Both the position numbers and the translations under genes were made by a program. Under the pieces are notes generated by a model. That model was not told where the DNA came from, searched no databases, and was given only the letters and a program-made list of their open reading frames with translations. 37,348 nucleotides of DNA, taken from the IMG/VR virus record IMGVR_UViG_3300027365_000031, positions 1 through 37,348 of that record; one strand, 5' to 3'. This stretch comes from a virus. Taxonomy: Duplodnaviria > Caudoviricetes. Below are positions 9,248 to 16,794 of the stretch, piece by piece (the stretch's first letter is position 1; every line of letters starts with the position of its first letter).

Positions 9248-11815
9248 ATGCCCCTGACCCCCAGCGCCAACCCGCAGCTGAGCCAAAGCATCCCGCAGCT
9301 GACCACCAACAGCGTCGCGCACCCGGACACCTGGAACCCGGTGCACCAGGCGCTGCTGGATAACGACGCCTACCTAGCCCGCGTACTCGAAGAAACCGGC
9401 GCCACCCTCGGCGAGCAGGTCGCCACCCTCGACGAGCGCCTCGACGGCGTCGAGGCCACCAGCTCAGTGGCCGTGCAGCGCGCCGTTAGCCTCGACTGGC
9501 TCTACCGCGGCAACGCGATCAACTTCGAGATGTTCACGCCCGGCTATACGCTGGTCGATATCGACCCGGTGGCCGTGGTGCAGGGCATCAATGGGGATGA
9601 CTCGCTCGACGTGGCCGACACCAGCGCGCTGCGCGCCGGCGACTACTACGTGCTGACCGATCCCACCGCCCTGGACGAAGAGGGCAATCCGGCGCCGGTA
9701 TCCGCCCTGGTGCAGATCGCCAACATCCTCTCCGGCCAGCGCGTGCGCCTGACCGCCAACCTCGCCCGCGACTGGAGCGCCACCGCCACGCTGTCGCGCT
9801 CCAGTCTCGCCGTGCAGGGTGCTGCGCTGGCCCGCGGCGAGGTCGGCGATATCTACCTGACCAAGGCGATCAACATCGGCACCGACAGTGATGGCGGCGC
9901 CGTGGTCATCCGCCGCTCGCTCAGCGCCGCCGAAGCGCGCCTCTACTATCGCGATGCCTACCAGGGCACGTGGAAGGAATGCGGCTGGTCCATGCGCCGC
10001 AGCGGCGGCAGCATCCCCGCCGGCATGGCGGACTACGAATACATCCTGCCGATGCGCGGCGACGGCTGGTTGCGGCTGGATATCGAAGGCGAGGCGCTGA
10101 CCCTCTCGCACATCGTCGCCCTGGGCACGCCCACCGGCCTCGGCGGCTTCCTCAACCCGGAGCTGGCCCCAAGCACACCGGCCATCGCCTCGCCGGCGGA
10201 CGCCTCGGTCGGCATCATGGAGCGCCCGACGCTGGCCCTGGACAACTACACCAGCCCCGCCGGCAATGCCCAGCAGGCAGTGCAGTTCCAGATCTCGACC
10301 GACGCCCTGTTCGCCACCGTGCTGCACGACTCCGGCGCCCTGGGCTCCGGCCTGTCGTACCGCGTCCCGGCTGAGGTGCTGCAGGCCGGTAACACCTACT
10401 ACCTGCGCGGCCGCGTCCAGGACGTCGCCGGCCTCTGGTCCGACTGGTCCGCCGTGACCAGCTTCGCCACTGCTGCAGACTTCATCTACGTGGTGGCGCC
10501 GACCATCACCGGCCCGGTCAGCAACGCCGTGGACGTACCCGAGCAGCCAACGCTGGCCAGCTCCTCGTTCACCGTCTCCGGCGGCGAAGACACGCACGCC
10601 GCCAGCCAGTGGCAAATCCGCACTGCCGGCGGCACCTTCAGCGCCCCGGTCTGGGACAGCGGCACCGATGCGGTAAACCTGCTGACAGCGGTGGTCCCGG
10701 CGGGCGTGCTGCAGGCAGGGGAGGCCAGCTACTACGTGCGTGTGCGCCATCAGGGCGCCGCCAAGGGCTGGTCGGAATGGTCCGGCGAAAGCAAGTTCAC
10801 CACCAAGGCGGCATTCGCCACCATCGTGGGCATCGCGCTGCTGTCAACCGGTGGTGGCTCCGGTACCTGGGCGCGCATCGACGAGAACGGCGCCACCAAG
10901 GTGACCGACTCGGCGTTTTTCAGCAGCCACCAGACCTACGGGCAGATCCAGGACGTCACCATCGACGGCCAGGCCATGGTCAAGATCCCCGCGTTCTACG
11001 TGAAGGCCGGCACCATCGCTGCCGGCCCCAACGCCGGCAAGCGCGCCTGGTGGATCAGCGACCAGCCAGCGGCAGGCTTCACCCTGCACCCCGCATTCAT
11101 GCGCGCCGGCGCGCCGATCGGGCAGTTCTGGGTCGGCAAGTACCAGGGCACCGCGGACGGCAGCAAGCTGGGCTCCAAGCCGGGCGTGACACCGCTGGTT
11201 TCCATCGACTTCCCGACGATGCAGGGCCGCGCGGCAGCGCGCAACACGGCGGGCGTTTCCGGCTTCCAGTTGTGGGACTACTACCAGCTCAGCGCCATCC
11301 AGCTGCTGGCCGCCATCGAGATGGGTGGTGCCAACAGCCAAGCCCTGATCGGTCGCGGCCATGTCGACAACTCGCCGTCTGGCGTACAGGTAGTCGACCA
11401 CCCCACCGTGGCGCAAGCCACCTGGCGCGGCATCGTCGGCCTGTGGGGCAACGTCTGGCAGATGGTCGACGGCCTGCGCACCGATGCGTCCAAGCGCTAC
11501 GAGCTATGGGACAAGCACGGCAACAAGGGCTACATCAACACCGGCGCCACCGCCCCGGCCAATGGCTGGACCGTCAGCCTGGCGTCGCAGTCGGGTGCCG
11601 ACTTCGATCTAGGCCCGCTGTTCGTCCCGGCCAGTACCGACACCGCTGAGGCCAACGGCACCACCGCTGACTACAGCTATGCGAACGCCAGCTGCGTGGC
11701 GTACCACGGTGGCTACTTCGGCAACGGCTCGTACGCCGGCCTGTTCTCTCTGTACGTCTACAACGCCGCGTCGTACGCGAACCCGATCATCGGCGGCCGC
11801 CTCGCAAAGGTGTGA
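9248..11815 (+). CDS. Tail fibre / receptor-binding protein with two Fn3-like repeats and C-terminal CLec (Mtd-like) domain; DGR target
   Basis: Position of P2 gpH; two repeats ending YY.R.R...WS.WS; MVKIPAFY, FWVGKYQ, GLWGNVWQ, terminal GGRL; VR at its 3' end. Confidence 0.9.
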   Translation: MPLTPSANPQLSQSIPQLTTNSVAHPDTWNPVHQALLDNDAYLARVLEETGATLGEQVATLDERLDGVEATSSVAVQRAVSLDWLYRGNAINFEMFTPGYTLVDIDPVAVVQGINGDDSLDVADTSALRAGDYYVLTDPTALDEEGNPAPVSALVQIANILSGQRVRLTANLARDWSATATLSRSSLAVQGAALARGEVGDIYLTKAINIGTDSDGGAVVIRRSLSAAEARLYYRDAYQGTWKECGWSMRRSGGSIPAGMADYEYILPMRGDGWLRLDIEGEALTLSHIVALGTPTGLGGFLNPELAPSTPAIASPADASVGIMERPTLALDNYTSPAGNAQQAVQFQISTDALFATVLHDSGALGSGLSYRVPAEVLQAGNTYYLRGRVQDVAGLWSDWSAVTSFATAADFIYVVAPTITGPVSNAVDVPEQPTLASSSFTVSGGEDTHAASQWQIRTAGGTFSAPVWDSGTDAVNLLTAVVPAGVLQAGEASYYVRVRHQGAAKGWSEWSGESKFTTKAAFATIVGIALLSTGGGSGTWARIDENGATKVTDSAFFSSHQTYGQIQDVTIDGQAMVKIPAFYVKAGTIAAGPNAGKRAWWISDQPAAGFTLHPAFMRAGAPIGQFWVGKYQGTADGSKLGSKPGVTPLVSIDFPTMQGRAAARNTAGVSGFQLWDYYQLSAIQLLAAIEMGGANSQALIGRGHVDNSPSGVQVVDHPTVAQATWRGIVGLWGNVWQMVDGLRTDASKRYELWDKHGNKGYINTGATAPANGWTVSLASQSGADFDLGPLFVPASTDTAEANGTTADYSYANASCVAYHGGYFGNGSYAGLFSLYVYNAASYANPIIGGRLAKV
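11706..11808 (+). repeat. DGR variable repeat (VR)
   Basis: 103-nt ungapped match to 13144-13246 with 9 mismatches, all opposite TR adenines. Confidence 0.97.
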
Positions 11816-11851
11816 TGGGTTCTGTCACCTGAGTCATGTGCTTTTGGGTTA

Positions 11852-11866
11852 GCCCGCCGAGCGGGC
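11852..11866 (+). promoter_or_regulatory. Putative DGR target-recognition hairpin downstream of VR/IMH
   Basis: GCCCGC-CGA-GCGGGC, GC-only stem about 45 nt after the VR end; absent after TR. Confidence 0.6.
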
Positions 11867-11889
11867 GCCCTCTTTGAGGAGTTTTGCAA

Positions 11890-12462
11890 ATGATGAAAAT
11901 CGAAAATGCCGTGCTGATCGTGGGCAGCGCCCGCATCGAGCTGCCGCAGCTCGCTACAGATACCGTTGTGCATGTCTGGCGCGTGCCAGCGGAGTACCGT
12001 GAAAACGGGCTGTTCGTTGCGATTGATCAGCCGGGCCAGCCCGGCGAGATCCCCGCCTGCGATCCGCAGCAGGCCGAATACCTCGGCGCGCTGGACTACC
12101 CCGCCGCCGAGACCGAAGCGCTGCGCGACGCCAAGGCCCGCAAGCTAGCTGAGATCAACCAGCACTGCGAGGCCTCGCTCGCCGCCCTGGCGGCGCCGTA
12201 CCCCGAGGGCGAGGTCAATAGCTGGCCGCAGCAAGTCAAGGAAGCCGAAGCCCTGGCGCTCGATGCCGATACCCCCGTGCCGCTGCTCGATGCCATCGCC
12301 GCCGCCCGTGGGCTGACCGTCATCGACCTGGCTGGCCGCGTCACGGCCAAGATGCAGGCCTACGCCGAGCACAGCGGCGCACTGATCGGCCGCCGCCAGG
12401 CCGCAGAAGATCAGATCGAGGCCGCCACCACCCCGGCCGAGCTGGAGGGCATCACATGGTGA
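11890..12462 (+). CDS. Tail-fibre-associated (assembly/chaperone-like) protein
   Basis: GAGGAG RBS; AKARKLAEIN...YPEGEVNSWPQQVKEAEA...IEAATTPAELEGITW resembles DUF4376-like proteins found after tail fibres. Confidence 0.7.
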   Translation: MMKIENAVLIVGSARIELPQLATDTVVHVWRVPAEYRENGLFVAIDQPGQPGEIPACDPQQAEYLGALDYPAAETEALRDAKARKLAEINQHCEASLAALAAPYPEGEVNSWPQQVKEAEALALDADTPVPLLDAIAAARGLTVIDLAGRVTAKMQAYAEHSGALIGRRQAAEDQIEAATTPAELEGITW

Positions 12463-12764
12463 AGCGCCTGCGCATGATCGGTCTCTGGCTGCTCTGCGCA
12501 CTGGCCGGCGCGCTCGCCAGCGTCTGGATGCTGCTGGCCGTACTGGCCGGCAGCGACCGCGCCTGGAAACTCGCCATCGCGCACGACCAGCTGGCCAACG
12601 CCGCGTTCGGCGGCGACGAGGACGAGACCATCAGCTCGCGCGCCGCCAAGGCCGCGAAAGGCGGCGAGCGGTGGGGCTGCGTGCTCTGCAAGCTGCTCGA
12701 CAAGCTCGACCCTGGCCACTGCGAACGCAGCATCGAGCACGACGAGGGGAAGCCGCTGCCGTGA
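12456..12764 (+). CDS. Hypothetical membrane-anchored phage protein
   Basis: N-terminal TM helix; DQLANAAFGGDEDETISSR...CVLCKLLD..DPGHC; coupled to neighbours. Confidence 0.75.
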   Translation: MVKRLRMIGLWLLCALAGALASVWMLLAVLAGSDRAWKLAIAHDQLANAAFGGDEDETISSRAAKAAKGGERWGCVLCKLLDKLDPGHCERSIEHDEGKPLP

Positions 12765-13117
12765 GTGATGCGCACCTGATCCTGCTGACCAAGCTCGAGG
12801 AGCTGGACGCCTACACGCACACCGTGCTGCACCAGTTCCCGAAACTGGAGCGACACCTGCTCTGCGCGGATCTGCGCGACACCACCAACCGCCTGCTGCG
12901 GCTGACGGTGATCGCCTGGAAGCGCAAGCAGAAGGCCGCAGCGCTGTTTGACCTGGACGTTGAGCTGGAAGTCTGTCGCGGGCTGATCCGCAAGGCGCAT
13001 CGCCTGAGTTACATCAACACCCGCCGGCTCGATGTCTGGATGCGTCACGTCAATGAGATTGGGCGCATCGTCGGCGCCTGGATCAAACACGAAGGGGCCT
13101 CGGCTCCGCGCAAATAG
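12761..13117 (+). CDS. avd: DGR accessory variability determinant (four-helix bundle)
   Basis: 118 aa, basic; FPKLERHLL, LFDLDVEL, EIGRIVGAWIK; immediately 5' of TR; GTGA overlap start. Confidence 0.92.
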   Translation: MSDAHLILLTKLEELDAYTHTVLHQFPKLERHLLCADLRDTTNRLLRLTVIAWKRKQKAAALFDLDVELEVCRGLIRKAHRLSYINTRRLDVWMRHVNEIGRIVGAWIKHEGASAPRK

Positions 13118-13143
13118 CTACAGCATCAGGGCAATGGCTTATT

Positions 13144-13246
13144 ACGGTGGCAACTACGGCAACGGCTCGAACGCCGGCCTGTTCTATCTGAACGTCAACA
13201 ACGCCGCGTCGAACGCGAACACGAACATCGGCGGCCGCCTCGCAAA
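13144..13246 (+). repeat. DGR template repeat (TR), part of non-coding TR RNA between avd and RT
   Basis: Nine AAC triplets in the VR frame; identical to VR except at adenines. Confidence 0.97.
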
Positions 13247-13412
13247 CGATTACCGCCAGAAGGCGCCAGGCTCACGGGCCGGCGTCCAGTGCGTTTCCTT
13301 TGGGGCCATTGTCCAGACCATGTTGTCGAAGATTTACAGGGCGTCGCGGCTAGTAGCCTCGGCCAATGCGGCGGCGCCTGCCCTATCCCTCGCATGAGGT
13401 AAGGTTTCTGCT

Positions 13413-14450
13413 GTGCCTGTTATAACCGCTGGCCTATGGGGCCAGATCACCAGTTTCGAAAACCTCTACAACGCCTACCTGGAAGCCCGTCGCGGCAAGC
13501 GCGAGCGCGGCTCGGTGCTGCGCTTCTCTGCCAACGCTGAGGAGAATCTGGTCAACCTGCAGAATCACCTGCTGTGGAAGAGCTGGCGACCCGGTAAACA
13601 GCACGAATTCGTTGTAAAGGAGCCTAAGCTGCGGCTGATTCAGGCGCCCCCCTTCGCCGATCGCGTCATTCATCACGCCCTTGTTCGCGTGGTCGAGCCG
13701 CTGTTCGAGCGCAAATTCATCCATGACTCCTACGCCTGTCGCGTCGGCAAAGGCACCCAAGCGGCTGTCGCCAGGGCGCAGCACTTCCTGCGGGTGGCCA
13801 AGCGCAACCACGGCGACGGCTGCTACGTACTCAAGGCCGACATCAGCCGCTTCTTTTCCAGCATCCGCCACGCCTCGCTGCTGCGCGAGATTGAGCGCAC
13901 CGTGCGCGACCCCGACGCCCTGTGGCTGTGGCGTCAGATCATCGCGGGCTACGGGCATGAGGCCGGCATCGGCCTGCCGGTGGGCGCACTGACCAGCCAG
14001 CTCGGCGCCAACGTCCTGCTGAACCACCTCGACCACGTCGCCAAGGATCAGCTGGGCATCAAGTATTACGTGCGCTACATGGACGACTTCATCGCCGTGC
14101 TGCCGAACAAGGCCGCTGCCGCCGAGGCCATGCGCGCGCTGTCCGCTACGGCCAACAGCCTATGCCTGGCGATCAACCCAAAGACCGCGATCCATCCCTG
14201 GCAGCGCGGCCTCGACTTCTGTGGCTACCGCATCTGGCCCACCCACATCCTGCCGCGCAAACGCAACATCAAACGCGCCAAAGCATCGTTCCGGCAGCTG
14301 GCCACCCAATACCGCGCCGGCCTGATCGATCAGGAGCACGTGCGCCAACGGGTGAACAGCTTCCTGGCCTACAGCAAGCACTGCCAGGCGCAGCGCACGG
14401 TAGACGGCTTGCTGGGTGATTTGGTGTTGAGCCGTTCCTGGGCGCTGTAG
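13413..14450 (+). CDS. DGR reverse transcriptase
   Basis: KLRLIQAPPFADRVIHHAL, SYACRVGKG, LKADISRFF, GLPVGALTSQ (DGR GxxxSQ), YVRYMDDF, DFCGY; 345 aa, no RNase H/endonuclease. Confidence 0.96.
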   Translation: MPVITAGLWGQITSFENLYNAYLEARRGKRERGSVLRFSANAEENLVNLQNHLLWKSWRPGKQHEFVVKEPKLRLIQAPPFADRVIHHALVRVVEPLFERKFIHDSYACRVGKGTQAAVARAQHFLRVAKRNHGDGCYVLKADISRFFSSIRHASLLREIERTVRDPDALWLWRQIIAGYGHEAGIGLPVGALTSQLGANVLLNHLDHVAKDQLGIKYYVRYMDDFIAVLPNKAAAAEAMRALSATANSLCLAINPKTAIHPWQRGLDFCGYRIWPTHILPRKRNIKRAKASFRQLATQYRAGLIDQEHVRQRVNSFLAYSKHCQAQRTVDGLLGDLVLSRSWAL

Positions 14451-14497
14451 CGCTGCCGGCTACACAGCCCGCCGCGTGCGCCCCTTGCGCGCGCGCG
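14446..14497 (+). promoter_or_regulatory. Late promoter of FI operon
   Basis: TGTAG-N9-CTACA (14446-14464) then GCGCGCGCGCG (14487-14497). Confidence 0.75.
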
Positions 14498-14546
14498 TCA
14501 CCCTCAAGGCTCACTGATCCGGCACTCGCCCAGGAGCCTCAACCCC

Positions 14547-15719
14547 ATGGCCACCGATTACCATCACGGCGTCCGCGTCCTCGAAATCAACGAGGGCACG
14601 CGCCCCATTCGCACCGTTTCCACCGCCGTGGTGGGCATGGTTTGCACCGCGTCGGATGCTGATGCGGTCAAGTTCCCGCTCAACAAGCCGGTGCTGCTCA
14701 CCGACGTGCTCACCGCCTCCGGTTCCGCCGGCGAGCTGGGCACCCTGGCGCGCAGCCTGGACGCCATCGCCGACCAGGCGTCGCCCGTCACCGTCGTGGT
14801 GCGCGTGGAAGAGGGCGCCGACGAGGCCGCGACCACCAGCAACATCATCGGCGGCGTGAGCGCCACCGGCGAGTACCAGGGCATGAAGGCACTGCTGGCT
14901 GCTGAGGCCCAGCTCGGCGTCAAGCCGCGCATCCTCGGCGTGCCTGGTCTAGATTCGCTGGCGGTTACCACTGAGCTGGTGGCGATCGCCGAGAAGCTGC
15001 GCGGCTTCGCCTATGCCAACGCCTACGGCTGCGAGACCGTCAGCGATGCCATTGCCTACCGCGCCGGCTTCGGTGCGCGTGAGCTGATGCTCATCTGGCC
15101 GGACTTCGTCTCCTGGGACACCGTGGCGAACGCCAACGCACCGGCCAGCGCCATCGCTCGCGCCCTGGGCCTGCGCGCCAAGCTCGACGAGCAGGTCGGC
15201 TGGCACAAGACCCTCTCCAACGTGCCGGTCAACGGCGTGTCGGGCCTCTCCAAGGACATCTACTTCGACCTGCAGAACCCAGCCACCGACGCCGGCCTGC
15301 TCAACGCAGACGAGGTCACCACGCTGATCCGCCGCGACGGTTTCCGCTTCTGGGGCTCGCGCACCTGCAGCGCGGACCCACTGTTCGCCTTCGAGAACTA
15401 CACCCGCACCGCCCAGGTGCTGGCAGACACCATGGCCGAGGGGCACTTCTGGGCCGTGGACAAGCCCATGCACGCCAGCCTGGTGCGCGACATCGTCGAG
15501 GGCATCAACGCCAAGTTCCGCGAGCTCAAGCGCGGCGGCTACATCATCGACGGGCAGTGCTGGTTCGATGAGGCGGCCAACGACAAGGACACCCTCAAGG
15601 CCGGCAAGCTGTTCCTGGACTACGACTACACGCCCGTGCCGCCGCTGGAAAACCTGCTGCTGCGTCAGCGCATCACCGACCGCTACCTGGTCGACTTCGC
15701 CGCCGGCATCACCGCCTGA
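14547..15719 (+). CDS. gpFI: Tail sheath protein
   Basis: DYHHGVRVLEINEGTRPI...VKPRILGVPG...GWHKTLSN...GFRFWGSRT...DYDYTPVPPLENL. Confidence 0.96.
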   Translation: MATDYHHGVRVLEINEGTRPIRTVSTAVVGMVCTASDADAVKFPLNKPVLLTDVLTASGSAGELGTLARSLDAIADQASPVTVVVRVEEGADEAATTSNIIGGVSATGEYQGMKALLAAEAQLGVKPRILGVPGLDSLAVTTELVAIAEKLRGFAYANAYGCETVSDAIAYRAGFGARELMLIWPDFVSWDTVANANAPASAIARALGLRAKLDEQVGWHKTLSNVPVNGVSGLSKDIYFDLQNPATDAGLLNADEVTTLIRRDGFRFWGSRTCSADPLFAFENYTRTAQVLADTMAEGHFWAVDKPMHASLVRDIVEGINAKFRELKRGGYIIDGQCWFDEAANDKDTLKAGKLFLDYDYTPVPPLENLLLRQRITDRYLVDFAAGITA

Positions 15720-15766
15720 CCCCATTGACCCGCGCGGCCCCGGCCGCGCCGTAGGAGAGCCCAGCC

Positions 15767-16282
15767 ATGGCCCTGCCCAAGAAACTCAAGCACATGAACC
15801 TGTTCAACGACGGCAACAGCTACGTTGGCCAGTGCAAGTCCGTCACCCTGCCGACCCTCGGACGCAAGTTCGAAGACTGGCGCGGCGCCGGCATGGATGG
15901 CCCGGTGAAGGTCGACATGGGCCACTCAGACGACGGCATCCAGATCGAATGGACCCTCGGCGGCTGGGACCTGACCGTGCTGCGCCAGTTCGGCGCCGTG
16001 AAGGCGGACGGCGTGATGCTGCGCTGGGCCGGCTCCGTGCAGCAGGACGACACCGGCGCCGTGACCGCCGTCGAGGTGGTCGCCCGCGGCCGGCACGAGG
16101 AGATCGACTTCGGCGACGCCGAGTCCGGTGAGGACACCGAGCACTCCATCACCACCACCTGCACCTATTACAAGCTCAGCGTGGACGGCAACGTCGAGAT
16201 CGAGATCGACCTGCTCAACTTCGTTTTCATGGTCAACGGCGAAGACCGCCTCGCCGAGCACCGCAAGGCCATCGGCCTGTAA
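15767..16282 (+). CDS. gpFII: Tail tube protein
   Basis: MALPKKLKHMNLFNDG...RGAGMDG...EIDLLN...HRKAIGL. Confidence 0.96.
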   Translation: MALPKKLKHMNLFNDGNSYVGQCKSVTLPTLGRKFEDWRGAGMDGPVKVDMGHSDDGIQIEWTLGGWDLTVLRQFGAVKADGVMLRWAGSVQQDDTGAVTAVEVVARGRHEEIDFGDAESGEDTEHSITTTCTYYKLSVDGNVEIEIDLLNFVFMVNGEDRLAEHRKAIGL

Positions 16283-16366
16283 GCCATGCGCGGCCAACGC
16301 CCACCGTTTCGCAACCCGTCGCAGCCACCAGGCGCTGCGGCAACCCCAACCCCAAGGAGCACACCC

Positions 16367-16663
16367 ATGAGCAAGACCAGCGAACCCATCGTCCTCGAGC
16401 AGCCCATCAAGCGCGGCGAGAACAGCATCACCGAGATCACCCTGCGCAAGCCGGCTGCCGGCGAGCTGCGCGGCCTCAAGCTGGCGGACCTGATCAACGG
16501 CGACGTCAACGCCACCATCCGCCTGGTGCCGCGCATCAGTCAGCCGACACTCACCGAGCAGGAGGTGGCGGCCCTGGACGTGGCCGATCTGCTGGGCTGC
16601 GCGGATGCCATCGCCGGTTTTTTGCAGAAGACGGGCAGCACGGCGGAATCCCCCGCCGCGTAG
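16367..16663 (+). CDS. gpE: Tail assembly chaperone E
   Basis: LEQPIKRG...LRKPAAGELRGLKL...PRISQPTLT; AAGGAG RBS. Confidence 0.92.
   Translation: MSKTSEPIVLEQPIKRGENSITEITLRKPAAGELRGLKLADLINGDVNATIRLVPRISQPTLTEQEVAALDVADLLGCADAIAGFLQKTGSTAESPAA
16618..16624 (+). promoter_or_regulatory. -1 programmed ribosomal frameshift site (E to E+E')
   Basis: TTTTTTG near the end of E, as in P2; -1 frame is open through to 16794. Confidence 0.85.
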
Positions 16664-16671
16664 ACGACGTG

Positions 16672-16794
16672 ATGGCGGACATCGCCCTGGTCTTCCACTG
16701 GGGGCCGGAGCAGATGAACGCCATGCCCTTGCATGAACTGATGGACTGGCGCGAGCGCGCCATCGAACGATGGGAGCGCACGCATGGCGCGTGA
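16672..16794 (+). CDS. gpE': Tail assembly chaperone E' (frameshift extension, frame open from 16618)
   Basis: MADIALVFHWGPEQMNAMPLHELMDWRERA, matches P2 E' pattern; missing from the ORF track (too short). Confidence 0.88.
   Translation: MADIALVFHWGPEQMNAMPLHELMDWRERAIERWERTHGA

Larger units (their letters stand above)
11706..14450 (+). mobile_element. Diversity-generating retroelement (VR ... avd - TR - RT)
   Basis: VR/TR pair with adenine-only mismatches, Avd homologue and DGR-type RT in BPP-1-like order. Confidence 0.97.

Noticed and set aside
13032-13397. ORF spanning the TR (…MAYYGGNYGNGSNAG…), resembling a second target protein
   Set aside because: Openness is expected because TR is an AAC-rich copy of coding VR; no good RBS at 13134; better explained as TR RNA
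13413-14450. Group II intron or retron RT
   Set aside because: Short RT with GxxxSQ, adjacent avd and an adenine-specific TR/VR pair; no maturase/endonuclease extension
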